Below, piece after piece: positions 35,705 through 45,950 of a stretch of DNA of 64,000 bases. The stretch covers positions 1 to 64,000 of the forward strand of contig DASRGZ010000191.1 of NCBI GenBank assembly GCA_035650735.1, read 5' to 3'. The notes under the pieces were generated by a model. The model did not search any database. It was not told where the DNA came from and worked only from the letters and a program-made list of their open reading frames with translations. The DNA comes from Chthonomonadaceae bacterium. GTDB lineage: Bacteria > Armatimonadota > Chthonomonadetes > Chthonomonadales > Chthonomonadaceae. The position numbers and the translations under genes were made by a program. Position 1 is the stretch's first letter; every line of letters starts with the position of its first letter.

Positions 35705-35855
35705 GGGCGGGTATACTTATTGCCAGATAGACGGACTGCTTTGGTGCCGCGCAGTTCCGGCTGGGAAGCCAGCGATGCGGCCCGCTGCGGGCGGTGGATC
35801 GCCGCGCTGGTGGTCAGTCTGGAAGTAAATAAGTAAATGTTTGTCTCCTATCTCC

Positions 35856-36548
35856 ATGCGTATCGTGACCTACAATACCCGGGGTAGCCTGGGAATGGAC
35901 AATCGGCGCTCCACGTCCCGCATCGCCCAGGTGGTGCGCGCGCTCTCGCCGGAAGTGGTCTGTTTTCAAGAGATCCACCGGCGGCTGCCCTGGAGCGGTC
36001 GTGAGGATCAGCCGGCAGTCCTTTCCCAACTGCTCGGACGGCGGTTTGTGTTTCAGCAGAACCTCACGTTCGGCTTTGGTGGCTATGGCCTGGGCGTGGC
36101 GGCGCGCGGGACGGTGACGGCGGTGCAGGAGCATCTGCTGCCGAGCGGGAGGGAGCAGCGAGGCGCGCTGGAGGTGCGCCTGAGGGATGTGGGCGACCTG
36201 CGGGCCGTGACGGTCTTCTGCACGCACTGGGGACTGCAGGCGGAGGAGCGCAAGGAGCAGGCTGAGGCGCTGGCCTCGCTGGTGAACGTGGCACAGCGCC
36301 CGGTTATCGTATGCGGGGATCTGAATGAGGGGCCGGAGGGGGAGGCGGTTCGGGTGCTGCTGTCCGCGACGGGGCTGCAAGACGCAGACGCTATTGCGAA
36401 CCGCCCAACGTTTCCTTCGGATGCGCCGAATACGCGGATTGATTACGTCTTTTACTCACCGGAAATGGCGGCGCGTAACGTGGAGGTAGTGGAAAGCCTG
36501 GCATCCGACCATCTGCCGCTTCTAGTGGATTTAGAGCGTGCCACTTAA
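35856..36548 (+). CDS. Endonuclease/exonuclease/phosphatase family protein
   Basis: TYN, FQE, GDLN, RIDY, SDHLP. Confidence 0.92.
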   Translation: MRIVTYNTRGSLGMDNRRSTSRIAQVVRALSPEVVCFQEIHRRLPWSGREDQPAVLSQLLGRRFVFQQNLTFGFGGYGLGVAARGTVTAVQEHLLPSGREQRGALEVRLRDVGDLRAVTVFCTHWGLQAEERKEQAEALASLVNVAQRPVIVCGDLNEGPEGEAVRVLLSATGLQDADAIANRPTFPSDAPNTRIDYVFYSPEMAARNVEVVESLASDHLPLLVDLERAT

Positions 36549-36586
36549 TTCAACCTGGTCTTTATTCCAACGTCTGCCCGCCAAAT

Positions 36587-36602
36587 TGTCAAACGTGAAA
36601 CA
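36587..36602. promoter_or_regulatory. Degenerate parS-like site
   Basis: TGTCAAACGTGAAACA, 13/16 to TGTTTCACGTGAAACA, just downstream of the parAB operon. Confidence 0.45.
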
Positions 36603-36728
36603 TTTGGCAACGGTACGACATCCTAGAGAAGGTATCCCATCCGAGAACCGCAACACCTCCGCCATGACCTCGCACGGCTGGAACCGCGCTGAACAGACCG
36701 CAAAACAGTTGGCAGCCAGGAGGCGGCC

Positions 36729-37235
36729 TTAACGTATGAAGGCCGCCTCCTGGCCCGCCCACGCATCTAGTGCGTTGAGCCTGCTGTCCGGAATAAGCGT
36801 GAGATCGTCAATCTCCTCGCGGCTGCACCAGCGAAAGCCGCGCGACTCATGCCCCTCCTTTAAATGCCCGCCGATGATCTCGGCCTCAAAACAGATCACA
36901 AAGCTCTGATGCACGTTGCCGTCGGGATAGTGGACCACGCTGCGCGGGTTCGTGTTCACCGAAATTAACCGCACGATGCGCGTCACAAGCCCCGTCTCCT
37001 CCAGCGTCTCCCGCACGCAGCAGTCCTGCGCCGACTCGCCAATGTCCATGCGGCCTCCGGGCAGGCACCAGTAGTCGCCATGCGCGCGCTTGAGGAAGAG
37101 AATCCGACGCTGCGCGTCAAAAATCACCGCCGAGACGCCCGGACTCACCGGGACGTTGGGCGCAGGAGCCTCCGGGTCTTCATAATAGAACCGCTCTGCC
37201 GGTATGCGAACGCGCTCCGTTGCTTCAAAGCTCAT
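36729..37235 (-). CDS. NUDIX hydrolase
   Basis: GGRMDIGESAQDCCVRETLEETGL Nudix box. Confidence 0.92.
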   Translation of the reverse strand: MSFEATERVRIPAERFYYEDPEAPAPNVPVSPGVSAVIFDAQRRILFLKRAHGDYWCLPGGRMDIGESAQDCCVRETLEETGLVTRIVRLISVNTNPRSVVHYPDGNVHQSFVICFEAEIIGGHLKEGHESRGFRWCSREEIDDLTLIPDSRLNALDAWAGQEAAFIR

Positions 37236-38170
37236 CGGCCCTGCCTCCCATACAGCAGCAGCTCTACCAGGCGTTCCAGCTCCTGCGGCGAGTAGAACTC
37301 GATCTCAATCCGGCCCCTACCGCCGGCAGAATGCCGCAGGGCCACCTTCGTCCCCAGCGCCCGCTGTAGATCCTCCACGATGGCCGCCTCGTTCGCATCC
37401 GCGCCCACGACGGCACTGGCCGGAACCGGCGCGCTCTCACGCTTCCCTCCCTCGGCCAGAGGCGTCCGTGCTGTCTCCGCAACCGGGGCCGCGTTCGCAG
37501 CCCGTTCCCGCAGCTCTTTTGCCAACCGCTCCGTATCCCGTACCGATAGTTGCCTCTTGACGACGGTTTTCCAGGCGTTCAGCATAGACGGCTCATCTTC
37601 GATCATCATCAAGGCACGGGCATGGCCCTCCGTAATCTCCTCACGCTCAATACTCTCCTGGATCGCCTCCGGCAGCTTTAACAATCGGAGCACATTGGCA
37701 ACTCCGGAACGGCTCTTGCCCACACGCTGGGCAATCGTCTCCTGGGTCATGCCGAACTCGTCTATCAGGCGGCGGTAGGCGCGCGCCGCCTCCATCGGCC
37801 CGATGTCCTCGCGCTGCACGTTCTCCACGACGGCCATCTCCAGCAACTCCCGTTCACTGGCCCCCCGCACCAGCGCCGGAACCGTCGCCAGGCCCGCCGC
37901 CTGCGCCGCCCGGAAGCGCCGCTCACCCGCGACCAGCTGATAGCGCTCATGCCCGATGCGCCGCACCAGAACCGGCTGCAGAATGCCGTGCTCCTTCACC
38001 GAAGCAACCAGCTCCTCCATCTTCAGTGGATCAAAGAGCGTGCGCGGCTGGTAGGGGTTGGCCTCCACCTGGCCTACGGGGATCTCCCGCACCTGCGCGC
38101 CGCCATCCGCCGGCGCCTCTGTCTCTGGTATGAGCGCCGCCAGCCCCCTACCGAGCCCTCTCTTTCCCAT
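37232..38170 (-). CDS. parB: Chromosome partitioning protein ParB/Spo0J
   Basis: GLGRGL, NPYQPR, GERRFRA, ENVQREDI. Confidence 0.96.
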   Translation of the reverse strand: MGKRGLGRGLAALIPETEAPADGGAQVREIPVGQVEANPYQPRTLFDPLKMEELVASVKEHGILQPVLVRRIGHERYQLVAGERRFRAAQAAGLATVPALVRGASERELLEMAVVENVQREDIGPMEAARAYRRLIDEFGMTQETIAQRVGKSRSGVANVLRLLKLPEAIQESIEREEITEGHARALMMIEDEPSMLNAWKTVVKRQLSVRDTERLAKELRERAANAAPVAETARTPLAEGGKRESAPVPASAVVGADANEAAIVEDLQRALGTKVALRHSAGGRGRIEIEFYSPQELERLVELLLYGRQGR

Positions 38171-38924
38171 TCCTCAATACCTCCTGTGCAATATCACGAT
38201 AGGCGATGGCTCCCCGCGATTTCGGATCGTAGAGCGCCACCGGCAGCCCGTGGCTGGGCGACTCCGAAAGGCGCACGTTGCGCGGCACCACCGTATGCGC
38301 AACCTTATCTCGGAAAAACTTCCGTACATCCGTCACGACCTGCTGCGCCAGACGAGTCCGGTTATCATACATCGTCAGGATGACTTTCGCTACTTCCAGG
38401 GAGGGATTCAACTGCCTCTTCACCAGTTCAATTGTCTTCAGCAGTTGGCTGATGCCTTCCAAGGCGTAATACTCCGTTTGTATCGGCAGTATAACTGCAT
38501 CCGCCGCCACAAGCGCATTCAGCGTCAACAGTCCGAGCGAGGGCGGCCCATCAATCAAGATGTAGTCGAAGAACTCTCTTGCCGGTTCCAAAGCCTGGCG
38601 CAGACAGTGCTCGCGCGAGATTTTGGAGATCAGCTCTAGGTCGGCTCCGGCAAGATCGAGCGTGGCCGGAAGCAGGGAGAGGTCCACCACGCACGTCGGT
38701 ATAATCGCATCCACAATCGGCTGTCCCTCGATCAGCACTTCATAGGATGAGAGCTTGACTTTATTTCTGTCCACCCCGATGCCGCTGGTCGCGTTGCCCT
38801 GTGGGTCCAGGTCCACCAACAGCGTTTTCGCGCCTGCAAGGGCCATATAGGTAGCCAGATTAACCGCCGTCGTCGTCTTGCCGACCCCGCCCTTCTGATT
38901 CACCACGGCATATACGGTTCCCAT
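38148..38924 (-). CDS. parA: Chromosome partitioning ATPase ParA/Soj
   Basis: NQKGGVGKTT, DLDPQGNAT, EYYALEG. Confidence 0.96.
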   Translation of the reverse strand: MGTVYAVVNQKGGVGKTTTAVNLATYMALAGAKTLLVDLDPQGNATSGIGVDRNKVKLSSYEVLIEGQPIVDAIIPTCVVDLSLLPATLDLAGADLELISKISREHCLRQALEPAREFFDYILIDGPPSLGLLTLNALVAADAVILPIQTEYYALEGISQLLKTIELVKRQLNPSLEVAKVILTMYDNRTRLAQQVVTDVRKFFRDKVAHTVVPRNVRLSESPSHGLPVALYDPKSRGAIAYRDIAQEVLRNGKERAR

Positions 38925-39111
38925 GCAACGTTACCTCTCCTCCCCAGGCTGGCACGCACACAGCCTCGTGCCCGAAAAACTGGCCTAGAATTGTTTTACC
39001 GTGGCCGAAAATCCTCCCGCTCACAATCCGGGTGTCCAATTTAACATCTGGCTCGATAAGCGGCCAGAAAATCTATCTCACTCAAATTAGAAGACAAAGC
39101 TATACTTTTTG

Positions 39112-39432
39112 TCAGACAGATGGCTCGCCGAAGGGCGCAGCCACCATCAACTTGAAGGTCTCTCCGTTGACCAGCGGGCCGGTTTTCTCGAAGATCGCCA
39201 GCACGCGCGGGTCGGACATTAGCGCCGTCCACTTCCGCTCGTAATCCCCTATATCCTCAAACCGCCAAATCTCTGTGAACTCACCTGCCCGCCCGACCAG
39301 CGTTTTCCAGATGCCAACCGCCTCCATGCCCAGCGAACGGAGTACTGGCAGAAACTCCTCCGCATAGATTTGCTCGTAAAGAGCGACATGGTGCGCATCC
39401 AGCGTGAAGGTAACGTGCAGATAGACTGCCAT
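39112..39432 (-). CDS. NIPSNAP-like dimeric alpha/beta barrel protein
   Basis: VGIWKT.VG...EIWRFED pattern. Confidence 0.7.
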   Translation of the reverse strand: MAVYLHVTFTLDAHHVALYEQIYAEEFLPVLRSLGMEAVGIWKTLVGRAGEFTEIWRFEDIGDYERKWTALMSDPRVLAIFEKTGPLVNGETFKLMVAAPFGEPSV

Positions 39433-39604
39433 GCCCAAACTCCTTTCAAAAAATCCGCCACAGAGAACGACCTCTGCGTAATTTCGGTAGGAGCTTACCC
39501 AAAAGATGGCGAATTGAGGAATACGGTAGACAAAGAAATGCTGCTTGTTCCGGCTACTTCTGCAAGGGACACACAGAAAACGATCCACATGCTGAGAGGC
39601 GCCA

Positions 39605-42469
39605 TTGGCAAGAGAGTGGACTGAGTTTCAACAGAGGGCGATCACGGCCAATCACGAGGACATCTGCGTGGCGGCGGGCGCCGGTTCCGGTAAAACCGGC
39701 GTCCTTGTCGAACGGTTCGTCCGCCTGGTAACCCAGAGCCAAAGCGGCGAATTGCCGCCGGAGCAGCGCGCCAGCGTGGATCAGATCCTGGTCATCACCT
39801 TCACCGAGAAGGCGACCAAGGAGATGAAGTCCCGCATCGTCCAGGAGTTGAACCGTCTGGGCTTGATCGCCGAGCGCCGCCAGGTGGAAACCGCCTACAT
39901 CAGCACGATCCATGGCTTTTGCTCTCGTCTGCTACAGGAGAACCCCTTTGAGGCCGGCGTGGACCCGCAATTTCGGGTGCTGGATGAGCTGCAGGCCCGG
40001 CATCTGCTGCGCCAGCAGTTTGAGGCCGTCATCGCCGACGCCTACGCGCGCGGGGATGCCGAGATCACGGAACTTATTGCCGCCGTCCAATCCGCCCGGC
40101 AGTCGGGCGAGGGCGCAGGCGATCCCCTGACGGCGCTGGCGGGCGCGGTCGAAACCGTCCTTGCCAAGCTGCGCGGCGCTGGCAAGACCCGCGCCGAAGT
40201 GGAACGACACTGGCTGCTGGGGCGAGATGCCACGGCGGCGCGCAGCCTGGAACCCGCCTGGGCGCTGCTGACCCCGCTGCTGTCCGAGATCACGGCCAGT
40301 ATCGCGGGCCTGGAGGCCCTGCGCGGCGGCGTCCTCGGCACGCTCCAGCTCGCCGTCGAAGCCCTCTGCGACCGCGCCCCCCGGCTCCGTCCCCGCGCCG
40401 CCAGCCTGCCCGAAACGATTGCCGTCCTGGAGGAAGCCGCTAAGGTCGTCGGGAAAGCCAGGCCCCGCGCGTCCAACGCAACGCCCCAGGAGATCGCCCT
40501 TAGCCAACTGTTCGAGCGCATCCGGATCGCCTGCGAGGAGGCCAAAGACCTCTTCAACGTTATGGCGGCGCGCGAAGAGGAGGCCGGACTGCTGTGCCAT
40601 CGACTCTGGGGATTGGTCGCCGCCGTCTGGAAAGCCTATGAGCAGGCCAAGCGCGAAGCAGGCCAACTGGACACCGACGACCTGCAGGCCGAGGGCGTGC
40701 GGCTTCTGGAGGAGTCGCCTGGCGTGCGCGCCCGCTACCAGCGCCGCTTCCGCTACCTGATGGTGGACGAGTTCCAGGATACGAATCCGCTACAGATGCG
40801 CCTCGTCCAGTTGCTCCACGCCCCCAACGGCGCGCCCGGCTGTATGGCCCCTAATTTTCTCTTCATCGTCGGGGACGTGCAGCAGAGCATCTACGGCTTC
40901 CGCCACGCCGATGCGACACTCTTCCGCGATCTGGAGCGGCGTTTCCGCGAGGAGAAGGCGGGCCTGCATGTCCCGCTTGCGGTCAATTTCCGTTCGCGGC
41001 CCGAAATTCTGCGCCTAGTGGCCCATGTCTTCGGGCAGGTCTGGCGCGACGAGACGACGCCCTTCGTGCCGCTCACGCAGGGCGCTCCGTTTGACCCCAA
41101 GCCGGCGCCCAGCGTGGAGGTGCTGCTGAGCCAGGACCTCTACCGCAGGGACTATGTGCGCCTGGAGGCCGAGGCGTTGGCGGCGCGCATTCAGCAGATG
41201 GTGGAGGGCGCAGAGTTGCGCCTGACCAGCCACTTCGACCGACGGCGCGGCGAGCCGGTCGCCTATCGGGACATCGCTATCCTGCTGCGCAGCCTAACCG
41301 ACATCGAAAAGTACGAGCAGGCGTTTGCTGCGCGCGGCGTGCCCTATTACGTCGTGGGCGGCGGACGCGGCTACTATGCCCGCCACGAGATACGCGATCT
41401 GCTCAACGTCCTGACCGTGCTGGATACGCCCCTGGACGACGTGGCCCTGGCGGCCACCCTGCGCTCCCCGCTCGTCGGGGCCGACGTGGACACGCTCTAC
41501 CGGCTGGCAAAGTTCGCAGGACGCTCGGAGGCGGAGGCTGCGGCCAACAATGGGAATCGTCTACGCCGCGCGCCGCTCTATCCGGCCATCGGCCCATTGC
41601 TGGAGTCGGGCGAGCTTCCCCCGGAAGAGGCGACGAAGCTGGCGCGCTTCCTGGAGGTCATCGAGGGATTGCGGACGCAGGAGGACCGGCTGCCGGTCGG
41701 GCACCTGCTGGAGCGGCTGATCGCTCAGATGCGCTACGACGCGCGCCTGCTCTGCCGTCCCGGTGGGCGGCGGCGCCTGGCCAACGTCCGTAAGCTCCTC
41801 CAGATGGCCAATGGCGACTCGGTGCTGGGCGTGCGGGACTTCATTCGACGGTTGCGCGACCTGGAGAAACTCTCCGAGCGAGAGGGCGATGCGCCGACCG
41901 AGGAAGAGGCCGCCGATGTCGTGCGCTTCCTAACCATCCACAGCGCCAAAGGACTAGAGTTTCCGGTCGTCGTTCTGGCCGACCTGTCCCGCTCGCTGCT
42001 GATCCCAGAGCGGGGTCTGTTTGCCTGTGAGCCACAGGCGCTCGCGCTTGGCACCAGGCTGGGCGGCGAGCCCAATATCGTCTACCGAGCCATTGACAAA
42101 CGGCGTCAGTCTGCTGACCGTAAAGAGTCGGAACGCCTGCTCTACGTCGCCATGACCCGCGCCCGCGAGCATCTCATCCTGTGCGGCAACATCGGGCGCA
42201 ATCGCGGCTTCAACTGGGCCGACAGCCTGTTTCCGCTGCTGGGCCTCCTGGGTGCGCCGCCCGAACCGGAACCGCAGGCGTTGCTGGGCGGCATCCGGGC
42301 TTATATTGCGCCGCTCACGCATTACGCGCAGGCGTCCGCCGTCAGCGGCTCTCCCTCCGCCGCGCGCCGCCAGGCACAGGCCCACGCCGACCGCATCGCC
42401 GCTGCTATCTTAACCGGCGAGCCTCTGGAGGCAGCGCTCTCCGGCGATGGCCCCAACGACATCCAGTAA
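39605..42469 (+). CDS. UvrD/AddA-like SF1 helicase
   Basis: AGAGSGKT, TFTEKA, STIHGF, DEFQDT, VGD.QQSIY.FR, TIHSAKGLEF, YVAMTRA; no C-terminal nuclease motifs. Confidence 0.92.
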   Translation: MAREWTEFQQRAITANHEDICVAAGAGSGKTGVLVERFVRLVTQSQSGELPPEQRASVDQILVITFTEKATKEMKSRIVQELNRLGLIAERRQVETAYISTIHGFCSRLLQENPFEAGVDPQFRVLDELQARHLLRQQFEAVIADAYARGDAEITELIAAVQSARQSGEGAGDPLTALAGAVETVLAKLRGAGKTRAEVERHWLLGRDATAARSLEPAWALLTPLLSEITASIAGLEALRGGVLGTLQLAVEALCDRAPRLRPRAASLPETIAVLEEAAKVVGKARPRASNATPQEIALSQLFERIRIACEEAKDLFNVMAAREEEAGLLCHRLWGLVAAVWKAYEQAKREAGQLDTDDLQAEGVRLLEESPGVRARYQRRFRYLMVDEFQDTNPLQMRLVQLLHAPNGAPGCMAPNFLFIVGDVQQSIYGFRHADATLFRDLERRFREEKAGLHVPLAVNFRSRPEILRLVAHVFGQVWRDETTPFVPLTQGAPFDPKPAPSVEVLLSQDLYRRDYVRLEAEALAARIQQMVEGAELRLTSHFDRRRGEPVAYRDIAILLRSLTDIEKYEQAFAARGVPYYVVGGGRGYYARHEIRDLLNVLTVLDTPLDDVALAATLRSPLVGADVDTLYRLAKFAGRSEAEAAANNGNRLRRAPLYPAIGPLLESGELPPEEATKLARFLEVIEGLRTQEDRLPVGHLLERLIAQMRYDARLLCRPGGRRRLANVRKLLQMANGDSVLGVRDFIRRLRDLEKLSEREGDAPTEEEAADVVRFLTIHSAKGLEFPVVVLADLSRSLLIPERGLFACEPQALALGTRLGGEPNIVYRAIDKRRQSADRKESERLLYVAMTRAREHLILCGNIGRNRGFNWADSLFPLLGLLGAPPEPEPQALLGGIRAYIAPLTHYAQASAVSGSPSAARRQAQAHADRIAAAILTGEPLEAALSGDGPNDIQ

Positions 42470-42722
42470 TCCCCTTCCAGAACCCCCCAAAGCCGGGAAA
42501 CCAATCTCCCTGCTTCTCCATTTCCATTGCCTCCCCGCCGCAGACAGAGGGCTAGAATGCTCTGTCTGGAACCTGCTACTCTCTTTCCATCCGCCTCTGT
42601 TGCCAAACGGAAGGCGCGCAGTCTAATGAAATAGAAGACCCGTTCCTCTTACGCTCCAGTCTTGATCGTAATGTTAATCGGACGTAACGGCGCCAGAGAG
42701 CTTCTAACTGGTAGGAGACCGT

Positions 42723-43370
42723 ATGTATCTTTCTGCGCTGGGGAGAGCCCATAGCCCGGTGAATTCTTTTGAGCGGTGCGAAAGCCTGTTTCAGGATGTA
42801 CAGAGCCTCCCAGATGAAGAGTTGTTGCGCCTCTGTGCGCGCAACGAAAATCCGGCCCTGGAGGAGCTTGTACGGCGCTATCAATCTCCCCTGACGCGGC
42901 TCCTGACGCGGCTCCTTTCCAACCCGGCGGATGTCGAGGAAGCTCTGCTCAGCGTGTTCCTGCGGGCCTGGCAGTATGCGCCGCGCTTCCAGTATCGCGC
43001 TCGGGTGAGCACCTGGCTCTATCGGATTGCCGTTAATATCGCCACGGATGTTCAGAAGCGGCGGAAGCAGCAACCGCAGCAGTCCTGGAGCCAGCAGGTG
43101 GAGAACGCCTTCCCGCAGAGCAATATCGAAGAGGAAGCGCTCCGCCGACTGGAGCGGGAGGCCCAGGCGCAGGCGTTGCAGCGCGCTCTGAACCGTCTCC
43201 ACCCAACCGACCGATTATTATTGATACTTTACTATTATGAGCAGATGGAATATGAAGAGATACAAGCTATCACGCAGTTATCGTATACGGTTCTTAAGAC
43301 CCGGCTTACCCGTGCTCGGCGTCGGTTGCGCCAGCTCTTGGAAGCGGAAGATCAGGAGGTAGGCCAATGA
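42723..43370 (+). CDS. ECF RNA polymerase sigma factor
   Basis: STWLYRIAVN region 2; KTRLTRARRRL region 4. Confidence 0.92.
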   Translation: MYLSALGRAHSPVNSFERCESLFQDVQSLPDEELLRLCARNENPALEELVRRYQSPLTRLLTRLLSNPADVEEALLSVFLRAWQYAPRFQYRARVSTWLYRIAVNIATDVQKRRKQQPQQSWSQQVENAFPQSNIEEEALRRLEREAQAQALQRALNRLHPTDRLLLILYYYEQMEYEEIQAITQLSYTVLKTRLTRARRRLRQLLEAEDQEVGQ

Positions 43371-43873
43371 ATTGTCATGCCTTTGAGCGCGCTCTGCCAG
43401 ACTGGATCGCCGAGCGCTTGCCGCCGGAGCAGGCGAACCGGATGCAGGCCCATCACGACGCCTGCCCGGTATGCCAGCGGGCCGCCCTAGCCGAGCGCGC
43501 TCTGCGGCAGCGATGGCAGGATCTGCCCGCGCCGCCCGAAGTTCCTTCGGTATGGCCGCGCCTCTCGGCACGCCTGGAAGTCGCGCCCCACCAACCGCGC
43601 TTCAGGCCCTTCCCTGCCTGGGCGATGGGCGGGGCCGTGGCCGCAGCCGGGCTTGCCGGCGCGCTGCTCTGGATGCAGACGTCGCGCCATCAGCCGAATA
43701 GCCCCCTACCGGAACCTGTTCCTATAACGGCAAACGTGGATGAGCAGCGCGTGGTGCGGATGGTCAGTGAAATCCATGAATTACCGGATTCGGAAAGCGA
43801 TGAATTCTTTTCTGAGACCCAGTATCATCGGCAGACTCAGCGCCGCCTTCTTCTGGGAAAGGAGGGCCGCTAG
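43367..43873 (+). CDS. Anti-sigma factor (zf-HC2)
   Basis: C...HHDACPVC plus TM helix. Confidence 0.85.
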   Translation: MNCHAFERALPDWIAERLPPEQANRMQAHHDACPVCQRAALAERALRQRWQDLPAPPEVPSVWPRLSARLEVAPHQPRFRPFPAWAMGGAVAAAGLAGALLWMQTSRHQPNSPLPEPVPITANVDEQRVVRMVSEIHELPDSESDEFFSETQYHRQTQRRLLLGKEGR

Positions 43874-44323
43874 ATGAGGCGGCACATCGGATGGGTGCTT
43901 TGTCTGCTGCTCCTGCTGCCTTCCGGGACAAAGGCCCAGAAGCCGTTAGGCGAGAGCCAACCGCAGCGCATCGGCATTACCAGCCAACAACAAAAGCAAT
44001 TGGAGGCGCTCTTTGCCGAGTCGAAACGGCAGAGACAGGCGATCCGCTCCCGTCAGCACGCGCTCTACCGGGAGCTGCGCAGCCTCTACGATTCTTATGA
44101 CTTCGACCCGCAGCGGGCGCGTGCTATTCGCGAGGAAATTGTCGCGCAGCATCGGCGTCTCCTGGACCTATATGCCGAAAACGAAACCAAACTCCGCCGT
44201 ATCCTCAACCGCGAGCAGTTTGAGCGCCTGCGTGCCCAGTTGAAAGCGGCAAGAGCGGAGAGAGAAAGACATCCGCATGACCGCCATAGGCCAGAGTGGA
44301 GGGGATGGCACGGGGGCCAATGA
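43874..44323 (+). CDS. Spy/CpxP-like periplasmic protein
   Basis: Signal peptide; ITSQQ and ILNREQ (LTXXQ-like) helices. Confidence 0.75.
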   Translation: MRRHIGWVLCLLLLLPSGTKAQKPLGESQPQRIGITSQQQKQLEALFAESKRQRQAIRSRQHALYRELRSLYDSYDFDPQRARAIREEIVAQHRRLLDLYAENETKLRRILNREQFERLRAQLKAARAERERHPHDRHRPEWRGWHGGQ

Positions 44324-44389
44324 GCGCTCAGCACAGGGCGAAGCGTCTATCACGCCCGCTCGGAGCGCCGATCAGGAGAGAAAACGACG

Positions 44390-44890
44390 ATGCCGCCACC
44401 TGACAGGCAAGAGAACGACGCACCTGAGGCAAACGCCCCCGCCCCGGACGGGAAGACGCCGGCTCTTGCCTCCCTTTGGGATATCCTCTGGGAGATATTC
44501 TTGGGCCAGGCTCTGGCCGTACCGGAGTTGGGAGCGCTCACGCTCGCTCACCTCCGTCTGCTCTATTGGATCAGAAGCCGCACGCCGGTGACATGGCAGG
44601 AGGCGAGAAGAGAGTTCGGCGCTTCCCCCGTGAAGACCGCGCGGCTGATGCGGGCGCTGCTGCGGCGCAGGCTGTTAGAGCGCTGCGGCGATCCACACGA
44701 CCCGCGTATCGTCTATCTTCGCCTTAGCGCCGCAGGGCGTCTCCTGCTCTTCCGTATGGAAGCCTATCAGCGCCGGTATTGCCGTGCGCTTTTAAGACAG
44801 CTCTCTCCAGAGGAGCAGGTCGCTCTCGCGCGCAGCCTTTGCCTGCTGGCGCCGCCAGAGGACGAGCAGCGCGCTCGCGACAAGGAATAA
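44390..44890 (+). CDS. MarR-family regulator
   Basis: DP.D.R...LRLS..G winged-helix motif. Confidence 0.75.
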   Translation: MPPPDRQENDAPEANAPAPDGKTPALASLWDILWEIFLGQALAVPELGALTLAHLRLLYWIRSRTPVTWQEARREFGASPVKTARLMRALLRRRLLERCGDPHDPRIVYLRLSAAGRLLLFRMEAYQRRYCRALLRQLSPEEQVALARSLCLLAPPEDEQRARDKE

Positions 44891-45111
44891 GGCACCATTT
44901 CAATCCATTTATAGTGCAGCGACTGTTACAGAACGCTAGAATTGCCGGCTTATCAGAGAACCAGCCAAGCCATGTAGGCATGTAAAGTACACCCGGCTTG
45001 GGGACACCTATGGCAGCGGCCCCGATCTCCTGCGGCCCTGGAAGGTGCGCGACAACTGAGTCAACCAGGCAGGAGCGCGCTCTGCCTGGCATATTTCAGG
45101 AGGATAATCTC

Positions 45112-45702
45112 ATGCAACGTAAACTTCGGCCCGGTTGGGTTGCTTCCGCACTCTTTGCGGTCGCTATGTTGGGGTTCTGTGCCCCAGGAGCAATGGCCCA
45201 GGGGGTTGGCGGCGGGCAAATGTCGCCGGAAATGCAGGCCCGGATGAAGGCGTGGCAAAAATGGCGGGAAAGTCACAAAGGCCTTGCCAATCTCCAGACC
45301 ATGCTTTTCCAGATCCGACAGCTTGATAAAGACCCGAGCACGCAATTAACCAAGGCTCAGGCAGCCCAAATGCTGCCGATCCTCACCGCATGGCGCCACA
45401 AACCGACCATGTCAGACGACCAGGCCAGGCAGGTCTCCAAGCAGTTAGGCTCTATCCTGACGGTCAAACAACTCAAGAAGATGTCTACCTTTCAGTTCCG
45501 GCGGCGCGGGGGCGCAGGCAGCGGGCCTCGTCCTGCCGGGGCCGGTAGCGGCCAGAGACGGCCAGGGGGCTTTCCCAATCCCCCGACGGGGGGCTTTAAT
45601 CCCTTAAACCCGGAATCGCTTCCCGGCAGCCAGCAGCGTCCGCAATCCAGGCGATCTGTGGACGAATTGATTGAAGCGCTGTCAAAACGTGCGAAAGGAT
45701 AG
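45112..45702 (+). CDS. Hypothetical secreted protein
   Basis: RBS AGGAGG; signal peptide AMA-Q; LTKAQA / ILTVKQ helices; Gly-rich tail. Confidence 0.8.
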   Translation: MQRKLRPGWVASALFAVAMLGFCAPGAMAQGVGGGQMSPEMQARMKAWQKWRESHKGLANLQTMLFQIRQLDKDPSTQLTKAQAAQMLPILTAWRHKPTMSDDQARQVSKQLGSILTVKQLKKMSTFQFRRRGGAGSGPRPAGAGSGQRRPGGFPNPPTGGFNPLNPESLPGSQQRPQSRRSVDELIEALSKRAKG

Positions 45703-45789
45703 GCCGCGCCTTCTCGCGACACATCTCAGGGCCGCTTGAAAAGCCGGCCCTGTTTTATTGGCATTGGGAAGGCAGGTGGGTGGAAAGTT

Positions 45790-45856
45790 AGGGTGCTAAC
45801 GGTGCTGAGGGTGCTAGGCACCTAGAACCTTAGAAACCTCAGAACCTTCAGAACCC
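45790..45856. repeat. Short 9-nt degenerate tandem repeats in opposed orientation
   Basis: GGTGCT units followed by AGAACC units. Confidence 0.5.
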
Positions 45857-45950
45857 TGTTTTATTTTCGGGAAGGCAGATGGATGGCAAGGGGGAGTTGC
45901 CCCGGGTATAATCCTTGTTGGCAGACCTCGGTAACAGGAGGAAGAGCGCG

